Origin: Podarcis cretensis
Taxonomy: Eukaryota
Assembly (NCBI GenBank): GCA_951804945.1
Contig: OX638151.1
Location: 68,510,001 to 68,574,000 of the forward strand
Direction of reading: 5' to 3'
Length of the DNA: 64,000 nucleotides
Positions within the stretch are counted from its first letter, which is position 1. Every line of letters starts with the position of its first letter. Shown piece after piece: positions 1 through 12,086 of the stretch. The notes under the pieces were generated by a model. That model was given only the letters and a program-made list of their open reading frames with translations, did no database searches and was not told the origin of the DNA. The translations under genes were made by a program, and so were the position numbers.

Positions 1-539
1 ATATTCATGGTAGGCTCTTGTCTATACAAGTCTGGTTTGATGGAGTAATAGTGTCGGACTCACCTGGCACCAAAACCTAGCCGTTTTTCGCTTTCCCCAG
101 ACAATAAATTTGTGACTGTCAGGGGATGGGAGCTGATGGGAAATGATAGCCTTATTGAGCTGCCTTACGAACTGTGACTCATTTGTTCTAAAGACCCAGA
201 CTGACAGCCCTCGCATTTCTCCCTTCCAGCAAAATTGAGCATAAACCCCTTTATCATTTTTCTTTGTGACAGTTTATCAGAATTCTGGAATTTTATATGA
301 AGTCATAGAGGGTGTCGATGCAGAAGATGACTTACATGCAATCCCATATTCCAGGAGTGCGGCCCCTGCCCATAAAACCTTGAGAGACCTCATAAAAACT
401 GTTCTCTGTACCATGTGTTTATATGTGCCTGCACAAGCAAAGCTTCAGAAAGCACACTTCAACCCTCTAAGTACTGGTAGCCAGAATTTCCCTCTCGGCT
501 CTTTTATTCCCTCCCCACCTATAGTTTATTATATATTTA

Positions 540-766
540 TATATTATTGCATTTATATTACACCTTTGATCCAAAGAAGTCAAAGTAGCTTGCACACTTC
601 TCCCCCTCTCCATTTTACCATCACAAGAACCCTGTGAGGTGGTTAGGGCTGAGAGATAGTGACTGGCCCAAAGTCACCCTGTGCACTTCATGACTGAGTG
701 GGGATTTGAACCCTGGTCTCCCAGGTCCTAATCCAACACTCTAACAACTATTCCACACTGGCTCTC
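540..766 (-). mobile_element. tRNA-derived CORE/MIR-related squamate SINE (Squam3-like), near full length
   Basis: Minus strand starts GAGAGCCAGTGTGGAATAGTTGTTAGAG (A-box-like) and has GGTTCAAATCCC (B box). A CORE-like GTGACTTTGGGCCAGTCAC...CCTCACAGGGTT segment and an AT-rich tail follow. Family name from recalled consensus; left boundary approximate. Confidence 0.8.
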
Positions 767-2341
767 ACATGTTGTGGCATATGCCTTGCATTATTAAGTA
801 ATAATTCATTTCTAGTACTAGCCATCTATAGAATAGTATACAGTGAGGAAAAATAAAGCCTTTCTATTTCTAGGAGTTAGGGCAGAAGCATGTTACAAAT
901 CCTACATAACCCTGTCACCTTCGTTTGTGATTTTTTTGTGGTTATGGTAATTTATAGGAATACTATCAAGCTGGTAGAGCGCCTGTATGTGCACCTGAGT
1001 GTATGTGCATCTGCATATGTGAAGTTTATCCTCTTTCAGACAATAGCTAGTGCCGAGTCTGTGTTTACAGGTTTTTGCAAGAAGATGTTTAATTAAAAAC
1101 ACTACCAAGGAACACATTTGAAGTACTCGAGTAAAGATGGAATCTGCAGACACAACAACATCAGTAGCAGCAGCAGCAAGAAGTGACTTGGAAAGAGAAG
1201 GCACAGCACATGAAAAGGTGACTCTGCAATGCCAACCCTGTGCAACGCATGAAAAATGAATCACATGCCATGGGAAGCTTCAAACACAGAATGTCATCAT
1301 GCAAGAGATTCAGGGCTCAATTAAGTATCAAACCTGATTCAAAGCTGGGACCCAAATGCTGAGTAATTATCCAAGAGAGCCTGGGGTGAAGACACTGTCT
1401 CTTTGGCATCAAAGCACTCAAGGAGCGCTGAGAGGTAGCATAAAACACAGAAGTTGACACAGTTCTAACCTACAGGGCATACAATCTGAGATTGGCAGAA
1501 CAAAGGTGAAGTGAGGGTGTAGGGCTTGACAAGGGAGTACTGAAGATTGGGTAGAGGAGGGTTAAGTTGTGAGGCTCTGGAAGTCCAGGGAAGGCTTTGA
1601 AAAACACTTCGCAGCACATGCTAAAGCCATAGCTGAAAATGGATTGCATGATCTTTACAATTTGATATTAGAAAATTAAAAGAGATGGCGCTGTGTCCCC
1701 AAAGAGTTTGCATTCTAATTGTAAGGTTTATAATATAATTGTGAAACATCATATTATCATAATCCATTTGTGGGTTTCAGAATCTTATTTTGGGGGGCAG
1801 AAATCTATGCAATACTGTAGATGCTAGAAATAGATGATTGTGTGGTCCCTTTTGATCCTGAGCTATGTAAAATCTCTGGTGGAAACTTTTTGGGTAACAG
1901 AAGATGAGGGGGATCATCAACCAATGAAATGCTAGGCACTAAACCTGACAAAATCATGGTGGCATTTCTGTGAATAAATAGTGTTTCATATATGAAAGAG
2001 GCTGACTTAGCAGCAACAAAAAGAAACAGCTTTGGAAGAGAGGCTACACTACCCACTTAAAGGAAATAACAGTGTGGGTTATAGCTGCTATGGATAAAGA
2101 TACTTGATTTACTTTACTCTTTTACTACATGTCATGTATTCTTAAGAGTTCACAGTATTGTCAAAGCAAAATAATTTGCCTATGCTGATTTTACATGCAA
2201 GCATAAAAATAATAACTTGCTTTAACCAATTGGCATTAAAAAGCCAACTCTGATAGAATGTCAGAGGTGTTTTCAAATATATATTTGTTTTTTTATGTTA
2301 ATGCAGATATGCTTGAATTGAACAATACCCGTAGGTATTTT

Positions 2342-2793
2342 GGGGAAGGGCGGCAGATCAGTGGGTAGAGCATATACTTTGCAGGCAGAAGGTTCCATGT
2401 GCAATTCCTGGCATCTCCCGGTAGGGGTAAGAGAGACCCCCACCATAAAATGAAAAAGCTGCTGCCAGACAGTATAGATCATGGGTAGGCAAACTAAGGC
2501 CCGGGGGCTGGATCTGGCCCAATCATCTTCTAAATCCAGCCCGTGGATGGTCCAGGAACCAGCATGTTTTTACATGAGTAGAATGTGTGCTTTTATTTAA
2601 AATGCATCTCTGGGTTATTTGTGGGGCATAGGATTTCGTTCATTACTTTTCCCAAAATATAATCCGGCCCCCCACAAGGTCTGAGAGACAGTGGACCATC
2701 CCCCTGCTGAAAAGGTTTGCTGACCCCTGGTGTAGACTGTCTTGAACTAGATGGATCAGTGCTCTTACTCAGTATAAGGCAGCTTCCTATGTT
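2342..2793 (+). mobile_element. tRNA-derived SINE (Squam2/Anolis SINE2-like) interrupted by a hAT MITE
   Basis: Head GGGGAAGGGC..GATCAGTGGGTAGAGCAT..GCAGAAGGTTCC and tail GAACTAGATGGATCA...GTATAAGGCAGCTTCCTATG. The body is split at GTGTAGAC. The intact junction CAGTCAGTGTAGACAATACTG is present in the related copy at 10647-10795. Confidence 0.75.
2480..2729. mobile_element. non-autonomous hAT DNA transposon (MITE)
   Basis: Imperfect TIRs CATGGGTAGGCAAACT / GGTTTGCTGACCCCTG. 8-bp TSD GTATAGAT (2472-2479) vs GTGTAGAC (2730-2737). Confidence 0.8.
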
Positions 2794-4238
2794 TTGTGTT
2801 CACGAGACAAAATAATGTCTAAAGAACCAATGGCCATAAAGACACTGTCCTGAAGCTTATTGGTGTTCGATATGGATAATCTGAAGAATTGTTGAAGCCA
2901 CCAGAAATCCCAGCCTAGTAAGCTTACATGCTGTGCATTTTCTTCTGTGCTTCAGGAGTTTTTAGGCGCTTATGTAAGTTTGCAATACCCGGAAGCAATG
3001 CATTATCAAAGTGGATTTTCATAAAATAAAAATTGGGACAAATTAGAACCAAATGTTCAGTTGTAAACTAGGTCCATTTAGAGAAGCTAATTGATGAATC
3101 TCTGTAAACTAAAATGGAACAATGATTGCAGTGGCAGTCACTGGGTAGCTGTATTTTGGCTATGAGAGAAAACATCTGTTTTTAGAAAGGTGGGAACAGA
3201 CACAGTAAAAAAACAAAACCCAAGGCAAAACCCCACAACACTCCCATCAACCAATAGTGATAAACAGTACATCTGTAAAGGGAACTTACTGCAGGTATGC
3301 CAGTTTTGGTGACATTCCTATGGATACCATGCGATAGCATATAGTCCCACAAATATTATTCCATGATACATAGCAGGAGTGGGAAAATTTGGTCTCAGTA
3401 GGCCAGATACTAAGTCCCTTGCGCAGTGTTTCCCAAACACTGGACAACCAACTTCAGAAGCGCTGCTGCCAGGCATTTGGGAAATGCTGCAGGAAGTGCT
3501 TTGCAGGCTCAGTGCTTCCCAAACATCTTAAACCAGTTGGCTGTTGGGCCCTTGGGGAGCAATGTGCAATGCAGCCCTGCAGGCACTCCAGATCGGCATA
3601 CATAACAATATAGCAAAATGTGCAGGGGCTGGCTAAGATAGAATTCTCAATAAAACTATAAAGATGTGCACCTGTGCCACATGCTGTGTACAAACAGCCC
3701 TGCCTTTGAAGTTGTGGATGCTGTCAAGGAGCTTCCCCCAGAAAAGATAAATATATGTTGCTAAATGTATTTATGGGATACAAAACACCTAAAGTGTCTT
3801 CTTTCTCTCTTTGTATCTTGCCTGTGCAGGGTTCACCCTGCAGTGCACATTGAGGCAAGCAGAATTATATTTCCAGTCATAACTTAAACAACCTGATTTT
3901 CTACTGTGTCTTTTATCTCTGTTTTTGATAGAAGTGTGAGAACAGTTAGTGTAGTTCCACTGCTTGTGAAAGAGAGACCCCAAAGGCCGAAAAAGATATC
4001 ATAAAGCAGATGACAGCTGAATGGGATCAAGGCAGAGTTGTTTTTGCAGCTTGTAGATGTACTGTTGATGCTTTGTGACTATCACAGATTGGGATCAATG
4101 AAGCTGAATATAAAGTATCTGTACCAAAGTACTGAAATTCTATTGCAGGTAGAAGGCAATCTGAGGAGGGGAGAAATTAGACTGGGATATGTGAAAAGGA
4201 AAATAATACATTTCAAAGAAAGAAAGGCTTCTGAAGTA

Positions 4239-4511
4239 CAGTGGTACCTTGGTTTTCAACCATAATCTGTTCCAGAGGTCTGTTTGTAAACCAAAACAGG
4301 TTGTAACCCAAGGCGCACTTTCGCCAATGGAGCCTCCAAAAAATTATTGTTCGTAATCCAAAAAAATGGGTAGTAATAAAAAAAAAAAAAAGGATGCAAA
4401 CCGGGACAAGCACTTCTGGGTTTGACATGTTTGTAATCCAAAACGTATGTGTCAGAGCTGCTCGCTCTGACAGTATGCAAACCAAGACTTATGCAAACCA
4501 AGGTACCACTG
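4239..4511. mobile_element. Tc1/mariner (Tigger-like) MITE
   Basis: Perfect 17-bp TIR CAGTGGTACCTTGGTTT / AAACCAAGGTACCACTG. TA on the left flank and CA (mutated TA) on the right. Confidence 0.85.
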
Positions 4512-4802
4512 CATTTTGAACTTTTGTGATAAAATTGAGGTTCCTGGTGTCTGGGGTGCTACTGTTGCAGCATTCTAGGTGCCAAGGAGCCTGAGAAGTG
4601 TAGTTTCCCATGATTCTTCGTAGTTGTGATATGGAGGAGGAAAGGGTGGTGTGGCAGAGTTTAAGAGTTCATGGGAAGAGAAGTGTTCAGAGGCCCCTTT
4701 GCACACCCAATTTCATCATCAACAGTGTGACAGGATCAATGAACTCAGAATTGGGTATTGGATAGTTTAGCTAAAGTCTTTAAATCAAAGTATTTACATC
4801 TA

Positions 4803-5023
4803 GTTGTTGTTGTTGTTGGCATCCATCTGTTTTGAAATAGAATGGAGTACACCTCTGGGAGTGAAATCAAACCATTGTGTTAGCGGCACTGAAGTCTCCT
4901 TGGGGTGCAAGACTGGGCAGCGTGTATGGAGGTCCTGGGCTGCCCAGACGACAAAACCCTCTTCTCAGCCTTGCTGATGTGGTCCAAAAGAAAGCAGAGC
5001 AATACGTTTGGCACCAGCTTAGC
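4803..5023 (-). mobile_element. 3' portion of an RTE-related retroposon with (CAA)n tail
   Basis: Minus strand ends ...CAGATGGATGCC(AAC)n, resembling RTE-clade 3' ends. Body resembles a recalled lacertid repeat. No clear TSD. Confidence 0.55.
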
Positions 5024-5071
5024 GTTTGTATATTCTACCCCCTCTCCACTAACATAAAGTGCTAGTACTAA

Positions 5072-5460
5072 TTTCCCCACTCTCGCATAACACTAGAAAT
5101 CATAGACATCCAAAGAAGCTGAATGTTGGAAGATTTAGGACAGATAAAATAAAGTTGTTCATCATGCAGCACATAAACTATGGAACTTGCTCCTGCAGGA
5201 GGATGAGTTTTTAAAAAGGATTGGACAAATTCATGAAGGACAAGACTGTCAATGACTGTTAGCCACAATGGCTATGCTCCACTTCCACTGTCCAAAGGCA
5301 ACATGCTTCTGAATACTAGTTACTGGGAATCCCAGGTAGGCAGAATGCATTTGTGCTCACATAATCCTGCTTGCCACTGTCATCTGGTTGGCCACTGAGA
5401 GAACAGGATATTGGACTAAATGGGCCATTGGCCCACTCCAGCAGGCTCTTGTTATGTTTA
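5072..5460 (+). mobile_element. CR1 LINE 3' fragment (decayed ORF2 end plus 3' UTR)
   Basis: AAGCTGAATGTTGGAAGATTTAGGACAGATAAA...AAAAGGATTGGACAAATTCATG, then terminal GGACTAAATGGGCCATTGGCC..CCAGCAGGCTCTTGTTATG, typical of squamate CR1 3' ends. Confidence 0.8.
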
Positions 5461-5603
5461 TTATTATCATTTAAAAAAAAAACACCAATGTTAACAGGGT
5501 TCATCTTTGCCACTCCATTGTGGGACAAAAAGCATATTATCTGATAAAATTTAAATTGATAAAGAACCCAAATAAAAATGAATACTACTGCTACTAATAA
5601 GAA

Positions 5604-5960
5604 GGGACGCGGGTGGCGCTGTGTGTTAAACCACAGAGCCTAGGACTTGCCAATCAGAAGATTGGCATTCCGAATCCCTGTGACGGGGTGAGCTCCCGTT
5701 GCTCGGTCTCTGCTCCTGCCAACCTAGCAGTTCGAAAGCACGTCAAAGTGCAAATAGATAAATAGGTACCGCTCCGACGGGAAGGTAAACGGCATTTCCG
5801 TGTGCTGCTCTGGTTCACCAGAAGTGGCTTAGTCATGCTGGCCACATGACCCAGAAGCTGTACGTCGGCTCCCTTGGCCAATAAAGTGAGATGAGCGCTG
5901 CAACCCCAGAGTCGGTCATGACTGGACCTAATGGTCAGGGGTCCCTATACCTTTACCTTA
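5604..5960 (+). mobile_element. Sauria SINE (Squam1), subfamily A, full length
   Basis: GGGACGCGGGTGGCGCTGTG head, degenerate B box and (ACCTTT)-type tail. TSD CTACTAATAA at 5591-5600 and 5961-5970. Confidence 0.93.
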
Positions 5961-7140
5961 CTACTAATAAATGACCCCAGTAGAAACCCATTTCCAAAGC
6001 AGTAAAAAAAAAAAAAAAATCAGCAGCAGAATGTCCAAATTACAATCTAAACCGGTGTTGTTTTAGCAGCTGTTTTCAGTACTTCAACTGAAGGAGTCAA
6101 CCATACATTCCCTTTGCAGGAATTTTATAACACAGGGAACACTGCAGAGACAACTTGTAGTTGTCAGTCTAAATTATCTTAAAGGTGGGTCAATAAAAAT
6201 AACTTTTGATGCCTTGAGGCATGGATAGATTCATATGACCACCTACAGTCCTGCAAATAGCCTATCGTCAACAACTTTAATAATATCTGGGTACTATTCA
6301 AATTTATTATGTAATTGATTAACAGGTAAAAAAACCAGATAGCTTTGGAAAACCTCATGATCATCCTCATATGAGTGAGGTTTGGGCAATATTTTTTTTA
6401 AAAAAAACACAACAACTTAAAATTACAAGAAAGCTACTTTATTGAAAAGTGGAGCTTATTTACAAATCATTGGAATACAAAACATAAATATAATATTCAA
6501 CTATAGATATTATCTTCACTGATACAGTCTGACTTACACTGATTTTGTTTATTTTAGTCAAAAATAGTATTATATTTTGATTTAATTAAAGGATCATTAT
6601 ATGTTAGAATGACTTTTTGTACTTGCCTATTTGCATTTTCCTAATAAAATAAAAAGGCAATTAGTCATCTAAACTGCTTTAATTCATTGAAACCCTAATG
6701 GGGACAGAGATTATATATAAAGGTTGTCTTTATTTTCTCAGTTCTATGTAACAGAAAAGAGTTAATATCTGTGCTTATCTTGCCATTTCACAATAATGCT
6801 GGAGACAGAAGCGGAAAGGGCACTGTGCCTGCATCTTTCCTTCCCTACACAATTAACAGTATGCAAATCAGATTACTGAAAAAGGTCAACAGCACTGGGG
6901 CAGTAATCTAGACTAGTCATTCTGTGCCAATGGAATATAAATATGCAAATAATAATAAAGTAGGGGCAACATTGGGGCACATTTACGAAGCCACGGACAA
7001 GAAGGAAAAAGTCAAACGAAAAGTAGTTTGAAAAGGAATGGCTACATTACTTTTTTAACCCTTTAAAGTCACAGGTTGAATATCTAAATAATAGGGAGAA
7101 AATTAAACCCTAACAACGCTGAATCATACATGAAAATTTA

Positions 7141-7217
7141 GCTGGTTTGGAGGTTCTAGCAGGGGAGCGCAGCTATCGTATACTCTTGACCGAAGAACGG
7201 TACACTCCTTCTATCTG
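7141..7217 (-). pseudogene. RN7SK: 7SK RNA internal-fragment retrocopy (tailless)
   Basis: Minus strand reads GATAGAAGGAGTGTACCGTTCTTCGGTCAAGAGTATACGATAGCTGCGCTCCCCTGCTAGAACCTCCAAACCAGC. This closely matches the central part of vertebrate 7SK as recalled (GATAGAGGAGGACCGGTCTTCGGTCAAGGGTATACGAGTAGCTGCGCTCCCCTGCTAGAACCTCCAAACAAGC). Perfect TSD TACATGAAAATTTA at 7127-7140 and 7218-7231. Confidence 0.9.
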
Positions 7218-9769
7218 TACATGAAAATTTATATGATTAACCCATTTTCAACATGTTTTAAATCTGTTTCTGAATAAACTATAATTTTTTGTGGCTTGGG
7301 TTCTCTATTCATTTAGCATGATCAGATAACCTGCCTCTTGCCCTACAGGAAAAGAGTTGGTGTGCTGCCGGCAGAAGACAAAGGTAGAGGACTGAAAGAA
7401 GGGTCCTCCGAAACGGAGGATGCTGGGGGAAGCTGAATAGGAAGAGGGCCCAGGAGATAACAAAGAAGGAAAAGGAGAAAGGAGAACACATATGCAGTGA
7501 CCTGAGAAGCAGGCGGAAGGAGGGCAGAAGGACCCATAGGATTTGCAGTGGGGAATACTAAAGAAGAGGCAGGGAGTTGAAGGAAAGATAGAATTGGGAT
7601 TTTAGTGATACAAAAGGCTAAGCATAAAAGAGGAAGGGAAACTGAGTATATCAGAGGGGCAAGGGGAGAAGGGACTAAATTTCACATATTGATTTGAGAT
7701 AAGTAGACACAGTCAGTCGCTCTCAAGTTAGTCTGTGGAGTCTCCTAGAAATCGTACATCTTGCCACAGCAGTCTGGGGAAATGAGCTACATGTGCCCTA
7801 TGCTGGTGCATCAGTCAAGCAGCAAAGGGTAAAGAGGGGGTTTCTTCCCCCTTTTCCTTCCCTGCTGCTAACCAGCATGTCTAGTGTCTTGCCCAGTTTG
7901 GTTCCCAGACAGTTAGGGGGACCAAGGTGTGTAGACTTTACCTACTAAAGACTCTTTGAGGTACTCTATGTGGAAATGTATAAATGTGTTTCTTCTGTGC
8001 GTTTTAAATAATGCAGTAAGATATATTTGGCAATTACAAGAAGAGATGGATTGAAATGTCACTATAGCTGAGTGAGGGTTTTAGAAATTCACAGGGTCTT
8101 AAGTTCTTAACAATAGCTGCTTCTCAGATCATTTTAGGATTTCAGCCAATAGCTGTAACAGAAGGCAAATTATATAGATCGTTAAAAAAAATGTGTTGGT
8201 TGTGAATCTACTCATAGAAATTCAACATGTTGCTTTATCATGCAGTTCAAAAGACTTGAAAAATGTAACATTGGTTGGATTTGGCCTCTAAAGAATGAAT
8301 AATTCTACCTCTTACTGTCAAGGTTTCCCATATAAGTAACAAAGAACTACACTATGCCCCTAATCCTTCCCAGTTCATTCGGTAAACAAATATTGTAGTC
8401 ATATCTCATGTGTCCCTGCAACAATAATTTTCCAAAACAGTCTATGGTCTCTGATTTTAAAATTTTTTTATATATATATTATATGGATACTATTACAAAC
8501 TGCTTTGATTTTTTTGTTATGATATAGCAGTATATAAATTATAGTTCAACAAACAGACGGGGGTGGAGGTTCCCCAAACCTGATATACAAAGTTCCCTAT
8601 TCATGTAAGTTGTGGAAGCTGATTTGAATGCACAGAGTTACATACATATGGATTAGCTATTTCAGTTTAAATGAACGACAAAACTGTTATGTGTATGAGA
8701 TGGACCAGGACAGGAGAACTCAAAAAACATCATTGGATGGATGTAATAGTTGACAGAATTTATGGATATTTGGTATAGTGCCAGTAAAAGCTGGTGGGTC
8801 ACGGCTACCTTGCTATTTTGGCTTCCCAATGCTTCATCATTGCTGGTATTTGAGAGGAAGACAGTGAGCTCAGCACAGAGCAGCTTTGGGAACACTGGAT
8901 TGGCTGTACCACTGTGCTTGCAATGCACAAAGCTCCCCACTTCCTTGCCCCTGCAGCCCACTTGATAACTGGCAGTGACATGCAGCATTCAGAAGCCAGA
9001 AGACCAAAGCAATAGCACCCTGCAGGCTGCTACTTTCTAGTGTGATACTCCACCCCCCCAAATCCTGCATTTTTAAATGTTCTCCACCAGTTAATTGGAA
9101 AAGAAATTGCTTTTTAAAAGCATCAAAGAGAAGAGAAAAAATCAGGGAAATTCTGATGGATGGGTTGCAGTGGTTTCTTGTGCTTGGCCAAGAGTTGTTT
9201 GTGAGTGTTCTTTCATTCAACAAATAAGCTTTCCAGTGGCCTGCATTTTGCAGCCTTCCTGGCTGCTTTCTGAAAAGCCCATGACATCTTTAGCTGGGCT
9301 TTCCTGTCAGCATGGTAAGGCGGGGGAGGCTGCCTACTGTGCATCTGGTAGTTGTTAATAGTTATTTTTCTAAAGTGAAGCCTGTAGACTTCTAAAGAAA
9401 TCAGTGTGGAAAGATTTTTTCAAAGCTGAAAGGAATAAGTTCCCTTAAAAACAAAAACAGGAACAGCACCAGTCTTTGGCATTCAGTAGTCAGCCTCCCT
9501 AGCTTCCTGCACCTTAGTTAAAGCTCAGAGGAAGAGAGTGCAGCTTTTTTGGATCAGAGGCTACACATTGCTCACAACAATAAAATAAGCCTAACCTCAC
9601 AATCACCAAAATTCAGAAACAAATGCTAAGGAAATTTAAAGTATGCTGAAAACAAGGAAGAAAAATAGAAGCCAGTTTTGCAAGGGAAGAAATCTTTTGA
9701 GAAACTGGAGGACAGATTTTGGCACAATATTAATCTGAGCCTCTTATTTCTCCTTTGCTCCATCATTAA

Positions 9770-9989
9770 GGACTCATTCACACTTCCAATTGTCCAGCTA
9801 CTTTCCCCCAGGAAAACCTGCTGTTTACCCCTGAATCGGAACAATCATAAATCAGTTTTCTGTGGTTTGACATTTGTCCCGATTCAGCAGTAAACAGTAG
9901 GTTTTCCCAGAGAAAGCAGCAGGACAAGCAGAAAACCTCTTGGATCCATGCTTTCTAGACATGGGACAAGTGAAAGTGTTGGTAAACCC
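9770..9989. mobile_element. palindromic MITE-like element with long internal inverted repeat
   Basis: Arms 9801-9845 and ~9872-9916 are reverse complements (GGAAAACCTGCTGTTTAC vs GTAAACAGTAGGTTTTCC). Degenerate outer arms CACTTCCAATTGTCC / GGACAAGTGAAAGTG. Confidence 0.65.
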
Positions 9990-10082
9990 GAAATGCAGGA
10001 TATAGCCTAGAAGAAATCCCCTGCTCTAATCAATGTAGGGTTTGCATTTATGTTCCAGGATGAAACTAAGTCAAAGCTTATT

Positions 10083-10173
10083 TACAGTGCAATGCTATGC
10101 ATGTCTACTTAGATTTAAGTCCCACTATATTCAATGGCTCTTACTCCCTACTAACACTACAGGTTTAAGCCTC
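10083..10173. mobile_element. short (~90 bp) palindromic squamate MITE
   Basis: CAGTGCAATGCTATGCATGTCTACT..TAAGTCCCACT..TTCAATGGCTCTTACT. Related copies at ~22001-22084, ~54670-54745, 61329-61411 and 62966-63058. Confidence 0.6.
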
Positions 10174-10646
10174 AAAAATGGAAATGAATGCCCTACTTTT
10201 GTGGCATTCCTGCCCATGAAACACATTTGGTTACTATTAAACTATTTCTTTGACTCAGTCCTTCCACAGAGAGAATCTTCTAAGTAATAGTTCATTTTGC
10301 TAATGCATTTCTCCATCATCCATTTCAGTCACAAATTAATTCACACTCCCTTTCACTAGTTTAACAACAGACCAGTTCTTAAAACCCAAGGGATTCTGCT
10401 GTCTCTTTCCATTCTAGATACTTAATATTTTATCTATGGTCTGTTTCTATATACTGGCTCTGAGCACTGCTTAAGCCAAAGCTGCTAACGGTAGAATAAT
10501 TTATGGTGGTAAGAGGTTAGGTGACGCTTTCCCCATTTGAACTGGAAGCATGTTTGCTATGAAATATTTTTAGCATTCTCTATGTTTCAAAACAATACAA
10601 ATCAGCATTCAGTATATTAAAATTCCTAAGAGCATATGCTATTATT

Positions 10647-10795
10647 TAGGAACATAGGAAGCTGCCTTATACCACACCACACTAATTGGTTAGTCTAGTT
10701 CAGTATTGTCTACACTGACTGGCAGCAGCTGTCCAGGGTTTCAGGCAGGGATTTTTGCTTGCCCTACCTGGAGATGTTGGGGATTGAACCTGGGA
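10647..10795 (-). mobile_element. Squam2-like SINE, 5'-truncated
   Basis: Plus strand TAGGAACATAGGAAGCTGCCTTATA...CAGTATTGTCTACACTGACTGGCAGCAGC...GGGGATTGAACC (B box on minus strand). Homologous to 2342-2793. Confidence 0.75.
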
Positions 10796-11939
10796 ATATC
10801 TCACAGCCATCCTATTCCAGAACTGATGCAAGTCCACTTGATCTTTTCTCACCTGCATCTAGACTAGACTGTATCCAAAACGCTAGGTTTTCCTGAGTAC
10901 CTTCTGCTCTATATGACCACGCTTTCTCCATTTTCACATTCTTGACAAGATCTATAAAGCAAATCACTTTATCAGGGGTTGCCAAAATTGAGATAGTAAC
11001 TTATTATGAATTAGACATTTATAATTTGTACTGACTGAAAGGGGAAAACCAAAATGAGATACCCTTTTTATCTCTTCACCGTTCACCACATGAAAGACAG
11101 CTAAATTAATGACTTCAAGGAATGCGTTCTTGAAGGTGCCGCTGATAGGATAAGCATGACATTTTGGTTGTTGATTTTCCTTGCATTTCCCCTTCCAGGC
11201 ATTTGGTACAGGGCACACTTCTTGATACATTCATCTGCAGTAAGTTGGAAGCTCTCCAGGCCTAGAGCAAACACTAAACTTTAAGATAGCAGAAACATTT
11301 GGGAGGATGCCATGCAATTACTGTAGCGCTTTCTGCTGCATTAAAATTAGACACCTTAATGTAATCTTTAACAGGGAGGGAATCATCGCTAACTAAGTGA
11401 GCAGTGGTAATAAATTTCTTGCTTACAACAGAAACAATTTTTGATAGCATATTGAGAGTTCTCTGGAAGAATGGGTAATTTATTTGCAAGATTTGCATGG
11501 GAAGCAATAATGTATTGCTACACTAGCATGTATGTTTCATTTCAGAAATTCGTAGTTCTAAATTCCAGTTCAGGAAAGACACCACATCATGCTAGTGATG
11601 TCCCCAACTATCAGGTTATATGCATAACTGACTCAGAAAACAGATATTTTCCCCAAAGTTATAAAAGTGGGCCTCAGTGACGCATTCACACCATAATAAA
11701 ATTTTGATTCAATGGGTGATTATGGAAATACATAAGGTCAGGGTATCATGGGATGTAATGGCTAATACCACCATAAAGGCAAATGAAAGCCCCAAAGTGA
11801 GTATCATATGCAAGCCGTATCCAACTGAAATTACAGGCAAGACTTCCAGTGATTTTAATGGAATAGGATCACAACCTCATTATAAGTAAGCAGCATCCTA
11901 AAACACAATGTATTATATATTCATCAACCTTCCCATAAT

Positions 11940-11998
11940 AATACTGGACTACATAGGTCTTTGGCTTGATTCAGAAGGCCTCTTCTTACGTTCTTATG
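11940..11998 (+). mobile_element. CR1-type 3' tail remnant
   Basis: ACTGGACTACATAGGTCTTTGGCTTGATTCAGAAGGCCTCTTCTTACGTTCTTATG resembles the tail of the CR1 at ~5410-5460. Confidence 0.5.
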
Positions 11999-12086
11999 AT
12001 CAGGAGAGGCTCTGGATCCACAGCTCTCATGTTATCCTGGCACATTTCCTGAACAAGAGGGAAATGCCAGCTCTGGAGTTAATGTA

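Noticed and set aside
6861-7217. Functional 7SK gene with an octamer-containing distal element
   Set aside because: Only a 77-nt internal fragment is present. The octamers are downstream relative to its orientation, and there is no 5' end, PSE/TATA or terminator.
7330-7680. Purine-rich strand-biased tract with small hairpin TCCTCCG-AAA-CGGAGGA
   Set aside because: Low-complexity composition; a 7-bp stem is expected by chance in 64 kb.
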